From Lytechinus pictus (taxonomy: Eukaryota): a DNA stretch of 64,000 nucleotides. Under the pieces are notes generated by a model. It had not been told where the DNA came from and did not search any database. It saw only the letters and a program-made list of their open reading frames with translations. The position numbers were made by a program, and so were the translations under genes. The stretch covers positions 3,164,001 to 3,228,000 of the forward strand of contig NC_087252.1 of the NCBI RefSeq assembly GCF_037042905.1, read 5' to 3'. Every line of letters begins with the position of its first letter. Position 1 is the first letter of the stretch. Of this stretch, positions 1 through 12,636 are shown in pieces.

Positions 1-800
1 TGGTTCCAAAGCCAGACGGCTCTCAGAGATTTTGCATTGATTACCGAAAGGTAAATGCAGTAACTAAGACTGACTCGTATCCAATTCCTAGGTTAGAAGA
101 TTGTATTGATAGGGTTGGAAAATCTGCCTATATCACAAAGATAGACTTGCTTAAAGGATATTGGCAAGTGCCACTGACTGACCGAGCCAAAGAGATATCA
201 GCCTTTGTTACACCTGAAGGCTTATTTCAATGCAAAGTCGTGCCTTTTGGAATGAAAAATGCACCAGCAACTTTCCAAAGATTAACAAATCAAGTGATTG
301 CTGGGCTTGACAACTGTGTCGTGTACATAGATGACATCCTAGTGTACAGTGATACTGGGAATGGTCATCTAGTCTCTAGATCATTTAAGAGCACTGTTTG
401 ACAGGCTGGATATAGCCAACCTAGTAGTGAATCTGATGAAGAGTGAATTTGCCAAGGCAAAGGTCGCCTATCTTGGTCATTTGGTTGGTCAAGGGCAAGT
501 TCTACCAAGAGAAGCCAAGATACAAGCTATCTTAGACTTCACAATTCCCACAACTAAGAAAGAATTGCTCAGATTCTTAGGTACGAGTGGCTTCTACAGG
601 AAATTTTTTCCAAATTACAGTACAGTGGATAGCCCTCTGACAAACCTGCTGAAGGCAAAAGTGAAGTATGTTTGGTCTGACGAATGTCAGAGATCATTTG
701 AGAAATTAAAGGCCATTTTGGTAAATGAGACTGTTTTGGCAGCTCCAAACTTCACAAAACCGTTCAAAGTAGCTATTGATGCATGTAATGTTGGAGTAGG
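1..800 (+). mobile_element. Ty3/Gypsy LTR retrotransposon pol fragment (RT and start of RNase H), frameshifted and truncated
   Basis: Frame 3 from base 3 reads VPKPDGSQRFCIDYRKVNAVTKTDSYPIPRLEDCIDRVG...DLLKGYWQV...PFGMKNAPATFQR...YIDD. After a frameshift near 360-420 it reads YLGHLVG...LRFLG..GFYRKF...FKVAIDACNVGVG, then stops abruptly at about 800. Confidence 0.93.
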
Positions 801-879
801 GCTCGAACCTCGAACCTCTGCATCAATTTGTAACTTCCCAACATAGCTTGGATTACAGGCGCACGCCACAACGCCCAGT
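798..879 (-). mobile_element. 7SL (SRP RNA Alu-domain)-headed SINE-like fragment with Pol III B box, 3'-truncated
   Basis: Minus strand reads ACTGGGCGTTGTGGCGTGCGCCTGTAATCCAAGCTATGTTGGGAAG...GGTTCGAGGTTCGAGCCC. The first 36 nt match the recalled human 7SL/Alu 5' end at about 28/36 positions by eye, including the UGUNR motif. Confidence 0.7.
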
Positions 880-881
880 TA

Positions 882-3379
882 AGCTGTGGTCACATCCCGT
901 CGTACTTGCACGTGCGCGCAGTCTACGTGCGAAAACGTGGGCAAAAATGGGGAAATTCGTACGTCACGCACGTGGTGAGTACCGACTCGGTACGGATTTG
1001 GCAGTGCGCAGACACGACGCAGAACTTTTAGTGCAGGAGGAACTTTCGCTGCGTGCAGGCTACGTTCGAGCTACGGATTTGCCCCACGTGCGCGCACGCA
1101 CGCCCTCGGTACTGCCAAAGTACGCACAACGCACCGACTCCGTGAGACTTTTTAGATATTCGCCGCGGCCACTTCCTGTACCGAAGGTGCACTTAGCAAG
1201 TGCGCGTTGCCGCACGGATAATTGCGTGGCCCGTGCTTACTCGGCACTTTCCCAATCTAATTATTCAAATGAACGTGAAGAACTCACGTGCTCGTGCGGA
1301 GTAAGCATGTGATCAGCACTTACAACGCACGTTGTGCTAAAATATAAACAAGAAAACACAAAGTCATATTCTATTACCATGTTCCACATAATGACCTTAT
1401 TCTTATTTATTCACACACTATATAATACATGAATTTCATGAACTATGTCCAAAATTTATTATCATGAGTGCTTGAAGAGGTTGTAGAATGTAAAAAATGA
1501 AATCGAATCGTGTATCATGAGTTCAAACAAAGACAGTGGGAAACTGTATTAGTCCGCCAAATAAAATAAAAACAAGAATGAAAAAAAATGATTTTTCATA
1601 GATTTCTATGAAATGAAATAATGCTTATTACGAGTTCCTGCGTTCACACAACGAGATCCTGCCATGGTATTCGTCCGCGCGGGGAACTGTAATAGTTCGC
1701 GAAGTAGTTCCTTAGGGGTTTTCCTTCCCTCACGGCCCGTTGGCCGACCATCTGGTCGGGTTCGGTCATCTGTACATCATTCCTCCAGGCCCCGGGGATT
1801 ACCTTGCCATCCGCATCCTCACGATCCACATTCACGTCAGTTTGTCCGGGCCGGTGCTTTCGAAGCAAATTGTGAAGGATGATACAACCCAACAGGACGC
1901 AAATTCCGTTGTTAGGCTCCATCTGCAAGGTAGTCAAGAGACATCGCCATCGATGAGCCAATATCCCGAAACCGTACGACACGACGAGCCCGAGAGGTCC
2001 GATAGTTCATTACCCTCTCTTTGTGTATCAGGGCATGGCGACAATATGGCTTCATCAGCCACTTTCGAAGGGGAAACGCGTCGTCACCCGCTAGGAAATT
2101 AGGAAAATTCTGGTCGTCACCTGGCAGTGGATCCGGTGGTGGAAATCCAATGGTGGTTCCCTCAAGTGCTCCCGGAATGCTCCCCAAAACGTGGACTGGT
2201 TGAACACGCCTGCATCTGAAGAGGAGCCGTTGGCCCCAATATTGCACCACAAGCATGACAAGAAGGAATAGTTAGAATCCACGATTGCCATGAGCACCAC
2301 AGAGCAGAACCACTTATAAGAGCGATCCACTCGTCCTGGGTAGAGGGCATGGTGCGCATCTATCTCCTTATATTCCTCGTATAGGGCGGTGCAAACTTCC
2401 GATACGAACATGGATATACTATTGTGTGCCACCCGGAAGTCATATGCAAGGGACCTGCTTCCCGTTGCCAAAAAAGCGAAGAGTGATGGCGAGTTTCAGG
2501 CCAGGTTCCAAGGCGCGGCGACTCCTGAAACATTGAAAGTATCTACACCATTGATATATAGTCAATATGTGTAATCACACGTAAAGACAATTCCTCCTTT
2601 TTTCTAAAAGGAAAGGCAACCCCCCTCCCCATAATGGAGAATATAAGTTTTATAATTGGCATTATAATTGCAGTTAGTTTTGCCCAAACCTTTCTAATAG
2701 TACATGGACCTTTTCTATTCAAGAAGGATTGCTTCAAAACTGTCAATATTCTTTATTACAAAATTAAGGAGTTAGAAGTAGCGAATGAAATAATTGTTTA
2801 TAACACGTCAAGTAATATTTGCCGTCCAAGTTATCGATTTTTATAAAGGTGCCACGTCTTGCTCATGCCCTGCCACTTGAAGCTGCTCTTGCAGTATCAG
2901 AAGTATTTGGAGTCTCTGTGGTAGAAGAGGCGGCATTTTAAAGGACGTCAGAAGATCAATCTCTATAAATATACCCCACCACATAGGGGGGGGGGGGGGG
3001 GGGGCTTACGTTCATCGCAAGTGCATGCAGTTGCAACCTGCGCGTAAGTAAGGACGGCGTACGTGAGCAGCACGTGTAAGTACGGCCTCCGTTCCAAAAT
3101 GTGTCGAACGCACGGAGATCGTACGTTGTAAGCAGGTACAACTCACCCCACACGTGCGCGACGTACATTGCACGCAATCGCTCACTGCAAGGCGTGACAC
3201 GCGGGCAGCGCACGCACTACGTACTTACACCTTGCGTAGTCGTACGAGTGACGTGCGTCGATGCACTTGCTCCCTGCGTTCGCCACTTTTCCCTACGTTT
3301 TCAGAAAAACGCAGCGACCGTAGCCTCCCCCAAAAAACGTACGGCCAAAGAAACCGTACGGCGGCTTGTGACCAGGGCT
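882..3379 (-). mobile_element. Decayed PIF/Harbinger DNA transposon
   Basis: Imperfect TIRs AGCTGTGGTCACATCCCGTCGTAC (882) and, in reverse complement, AGCCCTGGTCACAAGCCGCCGTAC (3379). TTA TSD at 879-881 and 3380-3382. Transposase remnants inside. Confidence 0.9.
1644..2530 (-). pseudogene. Harbinger (HARBI1/DDE_Tnp_4-type) transposase remnant, multiple frameshifts
   Basis: Across frames: LAITLRFLATG, SVVLMAIVDSNY, GSSSDAGVF, GDDAFPL...LMKPY, NYRTSRARRVV, FGILAHRWR, GCIILHNLLR. Confidence 0.9.
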
Positions 3380-3384
3380 TTAGT

Positions 3385-4093
3385 AATGAAATATGGTGTA
3401 GTCTTTGTTCCAGCCCCGGATATTTCACAATTGCATATCATAAAGAACACTATTAACAAAGACCCCACTATCTCATTGATGTTGAATAACTTGAAAATAT
3501 AGCGTAGTCTTCCTTCAAGACCCAGTTATTTTAAAATAACAAATCATAGAAAAGATATATAATAATAATAAAACAAAGGCCCCACAGTCTTATTGATGTT
3601 GAATAACATGGAAATATAGCGTAGTATTTCTTCCAGACCCACTTATTTCAAAATTACAAATAATTTTTTAAAGAGTCAACAAGAAACAAAGACCCCGACT
3701 ATAATATTAATGTTAAATAACATGGAAATATAGCGTAGTCTTTCATCCAGACCCAGATCTTTCAAATAACAAATGAATAATAATAATAATAATAATAATA
3801 GATTAATAATAATAAAAAGAAACAAAGACCCACGATCCTTTTCATGTTGAATAACATGGAAATATAGCGTGGGCTTTTCTCCAGACCCAGTTATAAAAAT
3901 CATTAAAAAAACACAACAACAACAACAACAAAACAAATAACCTGCAATCTTATCAACATTGAATAGCATGGACATATGGTGTAGTCTTTGCTCCAGACCC
4001 AGTTATTTCAAAATAGGAAATTATAAGAAACAATAAAACAAACAAACAAACAGTATCAGCAAAGACCCCACAATATCATTGATGTAGAATAAC
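3385..4093 (+). repeat. Degenerate tandem array, ~115-130 bp unit (ATGGAAATATAGCGTAGTCTTT..CCAGACCCAGTTATTTCAAAATAAC...), about 6 copies
   Basis: The core motif recurs near 3390, 3495, 3608, 3722, 3856 and 3968. Confidence 0.85.
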
Positions 4094-4224
4094 AATGTTG
4101 TTGTTGTTATCCTGGATTTTAAGGCGCGTATCATATTAATATTAACGCCTATGATTAATTTGTCGTCTTTGTGGTATACGTTATCACATGATTTTTATAG
4201 CTTGGCTTAATTATTATTTTTAAG

Positions 4225-7200
4225 AGAACTGGCTGTGGGGTAAAGACAACATTCTAAACCCAAGCATTTTAACTGGGTTTAATTTTGAAGATTGGTCTTG
4301 GCCTTGATTTTTTTTTCAATATTTGTTTATCTTTTAAATAACCGGGTCTAGACGAAAGACTAAGCATAATACTCGTGTTATTCCATAGGAATAAGAATAT
4401 GACAAAGTTTTATGTTTTTATGATTGTTTAAATTATTTTTTAAATGACTGGGTCTGGAATAAAGACAACGTTCTAAACATGTGCTTTTCTTCATGGTCTT
4501 AATTTGGAGGATTGTTTGTTCTTAGATTCGTTGTTGGGCATTGGGTTTTTTATTGCTTTTTTATTCTTGAAATAACTGTGTCTGGAGGAAATTCTACAAT
4601 TGATCTTCATGTTATTCCACAGTAATTAGATTATTGGGTATTCGTTTTAGAATATTTGTAAAAACTATTATATTTTTTTTCAAATAATAACCAAGTCTTG
4701 GGAAAAGATTATTGCTTTACCAATGCATTATTACAATGTTTTGTAGGGGTCTTAGTATTATTTAAAAAAAATGGGTGTTGGGTAAAGACATATTTTTTCT
4801 GGGTGTAACTTTTAGAAATTGGTCTTAGATTTGAAGTATTTTTAAATTCATTTTTTAAATAGGAAAGAGTACGTTTTGAATCTCGTCTTATTCCACAAGA
4901 ATACAAATATGATAGGGTCTTACGTTAGAAGATTTTTTTGGTAATTTTTTCAATGATTAGGTCTGGAATAAAGACCACGCTCTTATCCTCTTTTTAAAAC
5001 AGGTTTTTAGGTTGAATGATTGCTTGGTCTTAGATTTGTAGTTTTTTATTATTACTATTTGCGTTATTTTGAAGAAAAAAAATAACTGAGTCTGGCTGAA
5101 AGACTACGCTTTATGTCCATGTTATCCATCATTAACAAGATTATGGGGTCTTTATACTGTTTTTGTTGTATTGTTATTTATAATTTTGGAATAACAGGGT
5201 TTAGAGAAAAGACTAAGCTCAATTTCCATTTTAATTCCACCGGAATATCATTATGGTATCTTAGTTTGGACATATATTATGATTTTTGAAATAGCCGGGT
5301 CTGGAAAAAAGACTTTGGACTTATAGTATAATTTTTTAAACAACCGGGTCTGGAAAAAAGGCTTTGGACTTATATTATAATTTGTTTTACTCAAATGGGT
5401 CTGGAAAAAAGACTTTGACTTATATTATAATTTTTGAATTAACCAGGTCTGGAAAAAAGACTTTACACTTTTGTGCTATATGAACGCATTACTATAGGGT
5501 TTTAGTTTTGAATTTTTAGTAACTGGGTCTGGAGAGAAGACTAAGCTTTATTCTCGATTTACTCTTAGCTCATATATTCTCGATACGCGCCGTACAAGTT
5601 AAAACCACAACAAGACATTAATTCCACAAGTTTAAATTAACTGGGTCTGGAGAAAAGACTAAGCTCGATTCTCATTTTTATTCCACTTGAATATCATAAT
5701 AGTATCTTAGTTTGGACTTATATTATAATTTTTGAAATAACCGGGTCTGGAAAAAAGACTTTGGACTTATATTATAATTTTTTAAACAACCGGGTCTGGA
5801 AAAAAGACTTTGGACTTATTTTATAATTTTTTTAACAACCGGGTCTGGAAAAAAGACCTTGGACTTATTTTATAATTTTTGAAATAACCGGGTCTGGAAA
5901 AAAGACTTTGGACTTATATTAAAAATTTTTAAACAACCGGATCTGGAAAAAAGACTTTGGACTTATTTTATAATTTTTGAAATAACCGGGTCTGGAAAAA
6001 AGACTTCAGACTTATATTATAATTTTTTAAATAACCAGGGGCGGTATTCTGAAAACGTTCTTATCTTAATTTTGTTCTTATCTACGTCACGTTCTCAAAT
6101 TGGTATTCTGAAAACGTTCTTATCTTTTTCTTATCTTTTGTTCTTATCTTTTTCTTATCTTGCTTTCCATCGATGCTGAGCGCGTAAATTTATAATTCGC
6201 GCATATGATACAAAAGCGCGCTAAAAGATAAGAACAAAATAAAGATAAGTGGTATTCTGAAAACGTTCTTATCTTTTTTCTTTCTTATCTCTTTTCGATA
6301 TTTATGATAATATTTAAGATAGCTAGATGGTTATCACATCTTACGCTGTCCGCCTTCTTTCTTGCTAAAAATCGATGGCCACTGGTAGTAATAAGTATTC
6401 CTCCCAACCTTTCTTTCATTCACCCTTTATTTTGCCTGTCTCTTTTTTCTATCCCTTTTTTTTTTCTTTCTTTCTTTTTTTCTTTATTTCTTTCTTTCGT
6501 CCTTCCTTTCGTTCTGTCTTTCTTTATTTCATTTAGGCCTATTTCTTTTCGCTTTTTCTTTTCTATCTGTTTGTCTTTTTTCATTTCTTTCATTCTTCAT
6601 TTTGTTTTATTTTTTTTAATCTTTTAACTTCTTCCTTATTTTTCTTTTGCGTTATTTTATTTATTCTTTCTTTTTCTTTTTTTAATTGAATTTATTTCCG
6701 TTAAAAACCAATAACATAAATACATATGAAATGATACATGTGAATTGATAAATGAAAAACGGGAGGATGGCCTAGCTCAGCAGCATCAATCATGGTGCTG
6801 CTGGTCTACCGAGGGGTCCTTCCTTTTTTATTTTCCCTTTTCGATTTTTTCCTTTTTTTCTTTACTAAGTTTTTTTTTCTTTCCCATTTTCTCTCTTTCT
6901 TTCTGTTTTTCTTTTCCTTTCTTCCTTCACTTTATTTATTTTTTGTACTCTTTTTATTTCTTCATTTTTTAGGGTAAATTATATTTTATTTTTTTCTTTA
7001 TTCTTTCCATTGATCTTTCTTCGTTTTTTTTTCATTCATTCTTCATTTTTCCTGCCTTGTTATTTTCCTTCTTTTTCTTTCCTTCTTTGAATTTACCTTT
7101 CTTTTTATCTTTATTTAGTTTTCAATTTTGCTTTACTTTTCCTTTCATCTTTTATCTTCCCTCTCTTATCTCTTTCTTTCTCTCCCTCTCTTTCTTTATT

Positions 7201-8310
7201 TCTTTGTTTCATTTTCCCCTTTTCTCTCTTCCGTCACTTTTTACATATTTTTATTCCTTCCTTTTTTTGCTTTCTTTCATTCGTTTCTTCTAACTTTTTT
7301 TGGTTCTTTATTCCTTCATTTTATCCTTTTTAATCTTTTTATTTTGTACTTTTTCGTTTTTTCCCTTTAAGTTTTTTTTTTCCTTTTCCTTCTTTATTTT
7401 TCCTTCAATGTTTTATTCCTCTTTTTATCATTGATTATCATTCTATCTATTCCTCCTTTTTCTTACTGTATTCTTTACTTTTTTTTATTTCTTTTCATTT
7501 TTTAAAATTTTCTTTTAAGTTCCTTTTGCTTGCTTTCTTTCGTTTACCTTTTCTTTCTTTCATTGTTTTCTGCATTGATCCTTTTATTTTTTAAATTTCT
7601 ATTTCATTCTGACCCTTTTCTGCCTTCTTACTTACCTACTTACTTTACTTCTTTCTTCCTGTTTTATTCTTATTCGTAACTGCTTTCTTTACCTTTTTTC
7701 TTTAATTTCTTTCTTTCTTTATTTTGTGCACATGTCTCGAAATAATAATCACTCATTGCGTATAAAATGCCTATTTCGCGCAGTGCGCAAGAAACAGTGC
7801 ACGCGCAGCGCCCATGATATTCTCTTCACATAAGGAACGCTTTTATTGGTTAAACTGCCAATATAAAGCGCATTTTGATTGGTAATATCTTAAAAATGGG
7901 CGTGTTGAAGATAAGAAGGAGGCAGTCCTTACAGAGATAAGAACGCGTTAAGAAGATTTTCAGAATACCGATTTGCAATGATTTTAGCGTCTTCTTATCT
8001 CATTGAGATAAGAACAAAGATAAGAACAAAGATAAGAACGTTTTCAGAATACCACCCCAGGTCTTTAAAAAAAAGACTTTAGACTTATATGACAATTTTT
8101 TAATCAAACGGGTCTGGAAAAAAGACTTTGGACTTATATTATAATTTTTGAAACAACCGGGTCAGGAAAAGACTTTGGACTTACATTATAATTTTTTCAA
8201 TTAACCGGGTCTGGAAAAATGACTTTGCACTTTTGTGCTATATCATGAACCTATTACAATAGGTCCATCGCTATATGAACGCATGCATCACTACAGGATT
8301 TTAGTTTCGC
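4225..8310 (-). repeat. Same satellite family in inverted orientation, collapsing into a 48-bp unit (GGACTTATATTATAATTTTTTAAACAACCGGGTCTGGAAAAAAGACTTT); interrupted by a MITE at 6039-8057
   Basis: The TAACTGGGTCTGG..AAAGACT core is the reverse complement of the 3385-4093 core. 48-bp units lie at 5290-5460, 5715-6035 and 8060-8225. Confidence 0.85.
6039..8057. mobile_element. Non-autonomous PIF/Harbinger-type element (~2 kb) with a long pyrimidine-rich low-complexity interior
   Basis: TIR GGGCGGTATTCTGAAAACGTTCTTATCTT / AAGATAAGAACGTTTTCAGAATACCACCC; CAG TSD at 6036-6038 and 8058-8060; subterminal TTCTTATCT repeats; T/C-rich from 6400 to 7720. Confidence 0.85.
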
Positions 8311-8327
8311 CAAAAATCCCTATAAAT

Positions 8328-8525
8328 TTATTACATTTGTGGGTAAAGTCATTATTACATTTGTGGACGATCAAAAATTATTACATTTGTGGGTAAAGTG
8401 CATTATTACATTTGTGGGTAAATTTTAATTACATTTGTGGGCGTTATTACATTTGTGGGTAAAGTGTTATTACATTTGTGGGCGTTATTACTTTTGTGGG
8501 CGTTATTACATTTGTTGGTGCAACA
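8328..8525. repeat. Minisatellite TTATTACATTTGTGGG(TAAAGTG), about 9 copies, ending GGTGCAACA; possibly one end of a TGT...ACA (Ginger-like) element
   Basis: Tandem units are directly visible. The superfamily guess is inference from the ACA terminus only. Confidence 0.7.
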
Positions 8526-10749
8526 GGGGTACACCAAATCTCAGGAGGGAAGGGGCACTGCCCCCCAGGCCCCCCGTAGCTACGCCACTGTGTCCGAGCT
8601 GAAATATATTTTGTATATTGACTTCAAAACTTGATATTTTAAGCTCCATATCAGCATATTGAGCAAGATATAAATATCATCGAACAGGCAGTTCGAGCAC
8701 GAAGCGTGATCGAAAATTTTATTTAGTAACATGATTTTTTTTGCAAGTCTTCCCCCAATATTATCTTATTCATTCGTCCTCCTCTTATTTTCCTCTTCTT
8801 TTTTTCCTTTTGTCTTACCCCTTCTTCCTTTTTTCTTTACTTCTTTCTCCTTTTATTTTTGCTCCGCCAATTTTTTTCAGGGTGGCACCAGAGGGGGGGG
8901 GGGGGCACGCCAAATCTCGGGGGGGGGGGGGATGTGCCCCCAGGTCCCCCGTAGCTACGCCTCTGCGTCTACACCCTTAGGGGCAAGCTAAGGTGCAGAT
9001 GTACACCCCCAAATAGGAGTGGGCTCTGTACACCCATATTCGGGGTGCACGTGCGCAGCGCTAGGAGTACTCGTATAGTACTCGTATAGGGACAAGCCTG
9101 TGCACCCGTAGGCATGCTAGGGGTGTATAATTGACGAACCCGAATTTCTTAGTGTGTAGGATGGGCGACGAGACGACTGTCGCATATCACCCACCCCGGA
9201 TCGCATCCACTGATCGGTATTACTTCACAATAAGGCTACAGCGAAAAATGACTCCTCCAACATCGACGTGACTACGACGAGAGTTATTTTTTATTTATTT
9301 TTGTTGTTTAAGTCCGCGGTAAGTTTATTTATTACCTTTTAACTTATCAAAAAAAAAATTGTATCTACCAGGGTAAAATTTGTTTGTGATTTTATCTGAA
9401 AGGCTATGCTCCTCCTGCTGAAAATGTTCACATAATTTACGAAAAGCATGCACAAAATCCTTCAATTTTACTTGGCAAAAAGCAAAACACGCTTCAATTA
9501 CAAGCTCTGTCGCTTTGCTCCCACGCTTTTGATTTTTTAAAGGTGTTTGCGTGCTGCCACCCAAACGAGAGATGTCTGCGTACGTTTTTTAAGTCAGCTA
9601 ACTTAAATCAGGTCTAAGATCACTGACATGTGTACAAAGGGGACAGTAGTACAGTACAAGAAATTTACATCACTTGAAAGGGTGTAAATGTAATACACTT
9701 TAATCTTACTTAAATGCAAAATGCAATGCGATACTAAAATTCGGTCTCCTGGCTCTCAAAACATATCAGATGTATCCTTAGTAGTGAGGTCTAGCTCAAA
9801 TAATGAAAAGGAAAATTTTAGACACAAAACATTTCAAGCTAGCGAAGAGAGAAAAAAGAAATCCATGCTTACAGCACCCTCCTGCCTAAAAAAAATATTT
9901 ATAAGTTAGGGTAAAAAAAACAAAAAACAAAAAAAACATTTTAATGATTTTTTTTTTTAATTCACATTACATGGGAAGCTTCTCGATTATGACGTCGCAA
10001 ATAAAATCCAAATGAATTATAAAATCTTTATAACTCTTTATTTGATTTTCCTCAAACTTTCGCCTATATTTTTTCTGCTATATTTACAATAAACTTTGGC
10101 GGGGTGAACTTTCCCTTCAATACAATCGGAAAGTACTACAAGCGCGTGCAAAAAGTCGCGTGACTAGACGACGATCGATATTAGCGAGAAAAAAAAGAAG
10201 TTATAACAATTAGTGGGCGAATGTGGGGCGAATTTCATTATAAAAAAAATAAGCCAACCCTCCATATAAATAAAATAATTGGATATGTGAATTACGTTTC
10301 ATTTTGAACGGGGAGGGTGATGGATCGATTTTTTAGGGGGTAGGGCAAATGGGAAATTTTGAGTCTCTTGGGGGTGATATCGGGACCTTTTTTCTTAACT
10401 TTGGAGGGATAAATGATCACACGCACCTCTCACTATCTCCGGCACAGTTTAATATGTGAAAACCAATGTAAAATATCTTATTTCTGGAAAAATATGAATT
10501 GTGAAAAGGGGTGAAAAATTAAGGCAGATTGCTCAAAAGAAAATTAGCCCTTCTTCCTACAATGGTTTGTAGATATATACGTACACAAACACACACACAT
10601 ATATGTATATATATCCTATTCTGTCGTCGCTCCTCTGCTGATATATTTGATATGCCGCTGGCATATGATGGGAATTAAACCGTCAAATATAATTTCATTA
10701 CAGATGTAAATGTTACCATGCTTTCGTGAATGCAGCAGCCAAATATTAA

Positions 10750-11335
10750 AGGAGAATGAAACCCTTGAAACCAGCTGAATCCATATTAAAGAGAAAAATC
10801 AAATAAACATATTGTTGAAAGTTTGAGGAAAATTGAATGAATAATAAGAAAGTTATGAGCATTTGAATATTGAGATCACTAATGCCATGTACATCCTCCC
10901 ATTGGCAATGCGACCAAGATCTGTAATGTCACACACGTAAAACTCCCTCATTACTTTAGTACTTATTTCACTTATATTCTCATTTTTATAGAGTCTATCA
11001 CAAGGTGAGGTGTTCTCTTTATGAGAGGACAAGTACAGAGGTTTCACAACATTATATCATTGATGAATCGTTTGTCATATGATTATAGAATGAGCAAAAA
11101 GAGATGCTTTGGGGTATATTTTCAGTGTCCAAAAGGGAAGAGTTGTTCATCTGTGACATCATAGATCTTGGTCGCATTGCCAATGGGAGGATCTCCATAG
11201 CATTAGTGATCTCGACATTCAAATGCTCATAACTCTTCTATTGCTAGTCCTATTTTACCCAAACTTTTGTTGATCTTATTCTTTGATTTTTCTGCTTTCA
11301 CAAAAGCTAACTTGCTCCAAGAGTTCCATTCTCCT
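10750..11335. mobile_element. MITE with TTAA TSD and AGG...CCT ends (Kolobok-like), long imperfect TIRs
   Basis: TTAA|AGGAGAATGAAACC ... GAGTTCCATTCTCCT|TTAA. Internal inverted match between 10853-10933 and 11152-11233. Confidence 0.85.
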
Positions 11336-12366
11336 TTAATTGATCAATTGGAAGAGAGATAAACATACACAGAATAAAAGCAAAGGAAATGATAAATACG
11401 TGTTATCATTGAGTTACAATGTTTGTCTAATTTAGGTGTATACATTAAGGCCTCCTGTTAATGAAATGTTGTAAATATTAATATTACATCAAATTATAGT
11501 ATGCATTTACATGCCTCATTTTAAACTGTTCAGATGATTATAAATATTCAACTATTCCTTTTACACTTTTATTATTTTTTTTTTAATATGAGACTTTGTT
11601 AAATATGATAACATAAGTTCAAAGCAAGCTACGAAATTTGTTCACTGTCATATAATCTAACAACATATATTTTTGCCATAATTTTTAAATGGGGAAATTT
11701 GTATAAAGTGTAGATAATACTGATCCAGGGCCCGTATTAGTCATTTAAAATGACCCATTACATATTTGTGTGTAAACTGTACATAAAGTAGAATTAATAT
11801 TTTATGTTGTAATAACGTTAACATTGTAACAAATGCAATTGAAATATGCCAAAATCTGTAATGCCTATATTCCACTTCTGTCGGTCGATGTGTTACTGCG
11901 ATACCCTACCCCCCGGTCCAATCCCTTATTATTAATTTTTCCCTGGGTATAAGCTTAAATGGGGCATGCTCTTTGCTTGTTGATGGGTCTTTATATTTGA
12001 TGGGTTGTGTTTGTGAGTCATCTTATTAGGGGAGGGGGGATGAGTGATTGTATGACTGTGTGCGTGTGTGAGGATTTTAGAGGGAGAGGATAACTGAGAG
12101 GTAATGTTAAATCTAATGTACGTCATTTTAAGGGACAGTGTTTTCTGCCCCCCTCCCCTTCTCTCCTCCTATCTCTCTCTAACCGTTCCTCTTCTCCACA
12201 TGTATATCGACACATTCACCAACCCATGCACGTTTTAGGAATGCACCCCTTCCCTCTCCTTTCCCTCCCAAACCTCTCTTTATCTGTCTTTCCGTTACTT
12301 GTTATTGTCTTCTTTTGTCTACGCCTTCTTTTTTCCCCTCTTTCCTTAATACTCCTATTCCTCCTG

Positions 12367-12636
12367 GGGCCCGTCTTACAAAGAGTTGCGATTGATCCGA
12401 TCAATCGCAAGTATGGAAAGCCAGCAAAGTCAACATATAAAATGCATGTTTGCTCAAAAAAATTCTAGATATGAATGTATATCCATAAATTCATTGATTT
12501 CTTGACAATTTGGAGTGCCCCCTTTTGTTTACAAAGGGCATTTTGCAAATTTCCTGTAGAAAAAATTATGACACTGATGAATTTCCATAGAGTTACGATT
12601 GATTGGATCAATCGTAACTCTTTGTGAGACGGGGCC
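12367..12636. mobile_element. PIF/Harbinger-type MITE (270 bp)
   Basis: TIR GGGCCCGTCTTACAAAGAGTTGCGATTGATCC and its inverse; CTG TSD at 12364-12366 and 12637-12639. Confidence 0.88.

Noticed and set aside
798..879. Human Alu contamination
   Set aside because: It departs from Alu after about 45 nt and is embedded between a Gypsy fragment and a TSD-flanked Harbinger in native context.
848..1312. 154-aa ORF, and similar ORFs at 2956-3502, 37593-38778 and 39528-40172
   Set aside because: GC-rich subterminal transposon DNA with few stops; no recognisable domain.
5290..6035. 48-bp periodic repeat as a CRISPR-like array
   Set aside because: The whole unit is repeated with no spacers, there are no cas genes, and the context is eukaryotic.
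6304..7370. Phe/Leu/Ser-rich ORFs resembling membrane proteins
   Set aside because: Translation of T/C low-complexity sequence inside a non-autonomous element.
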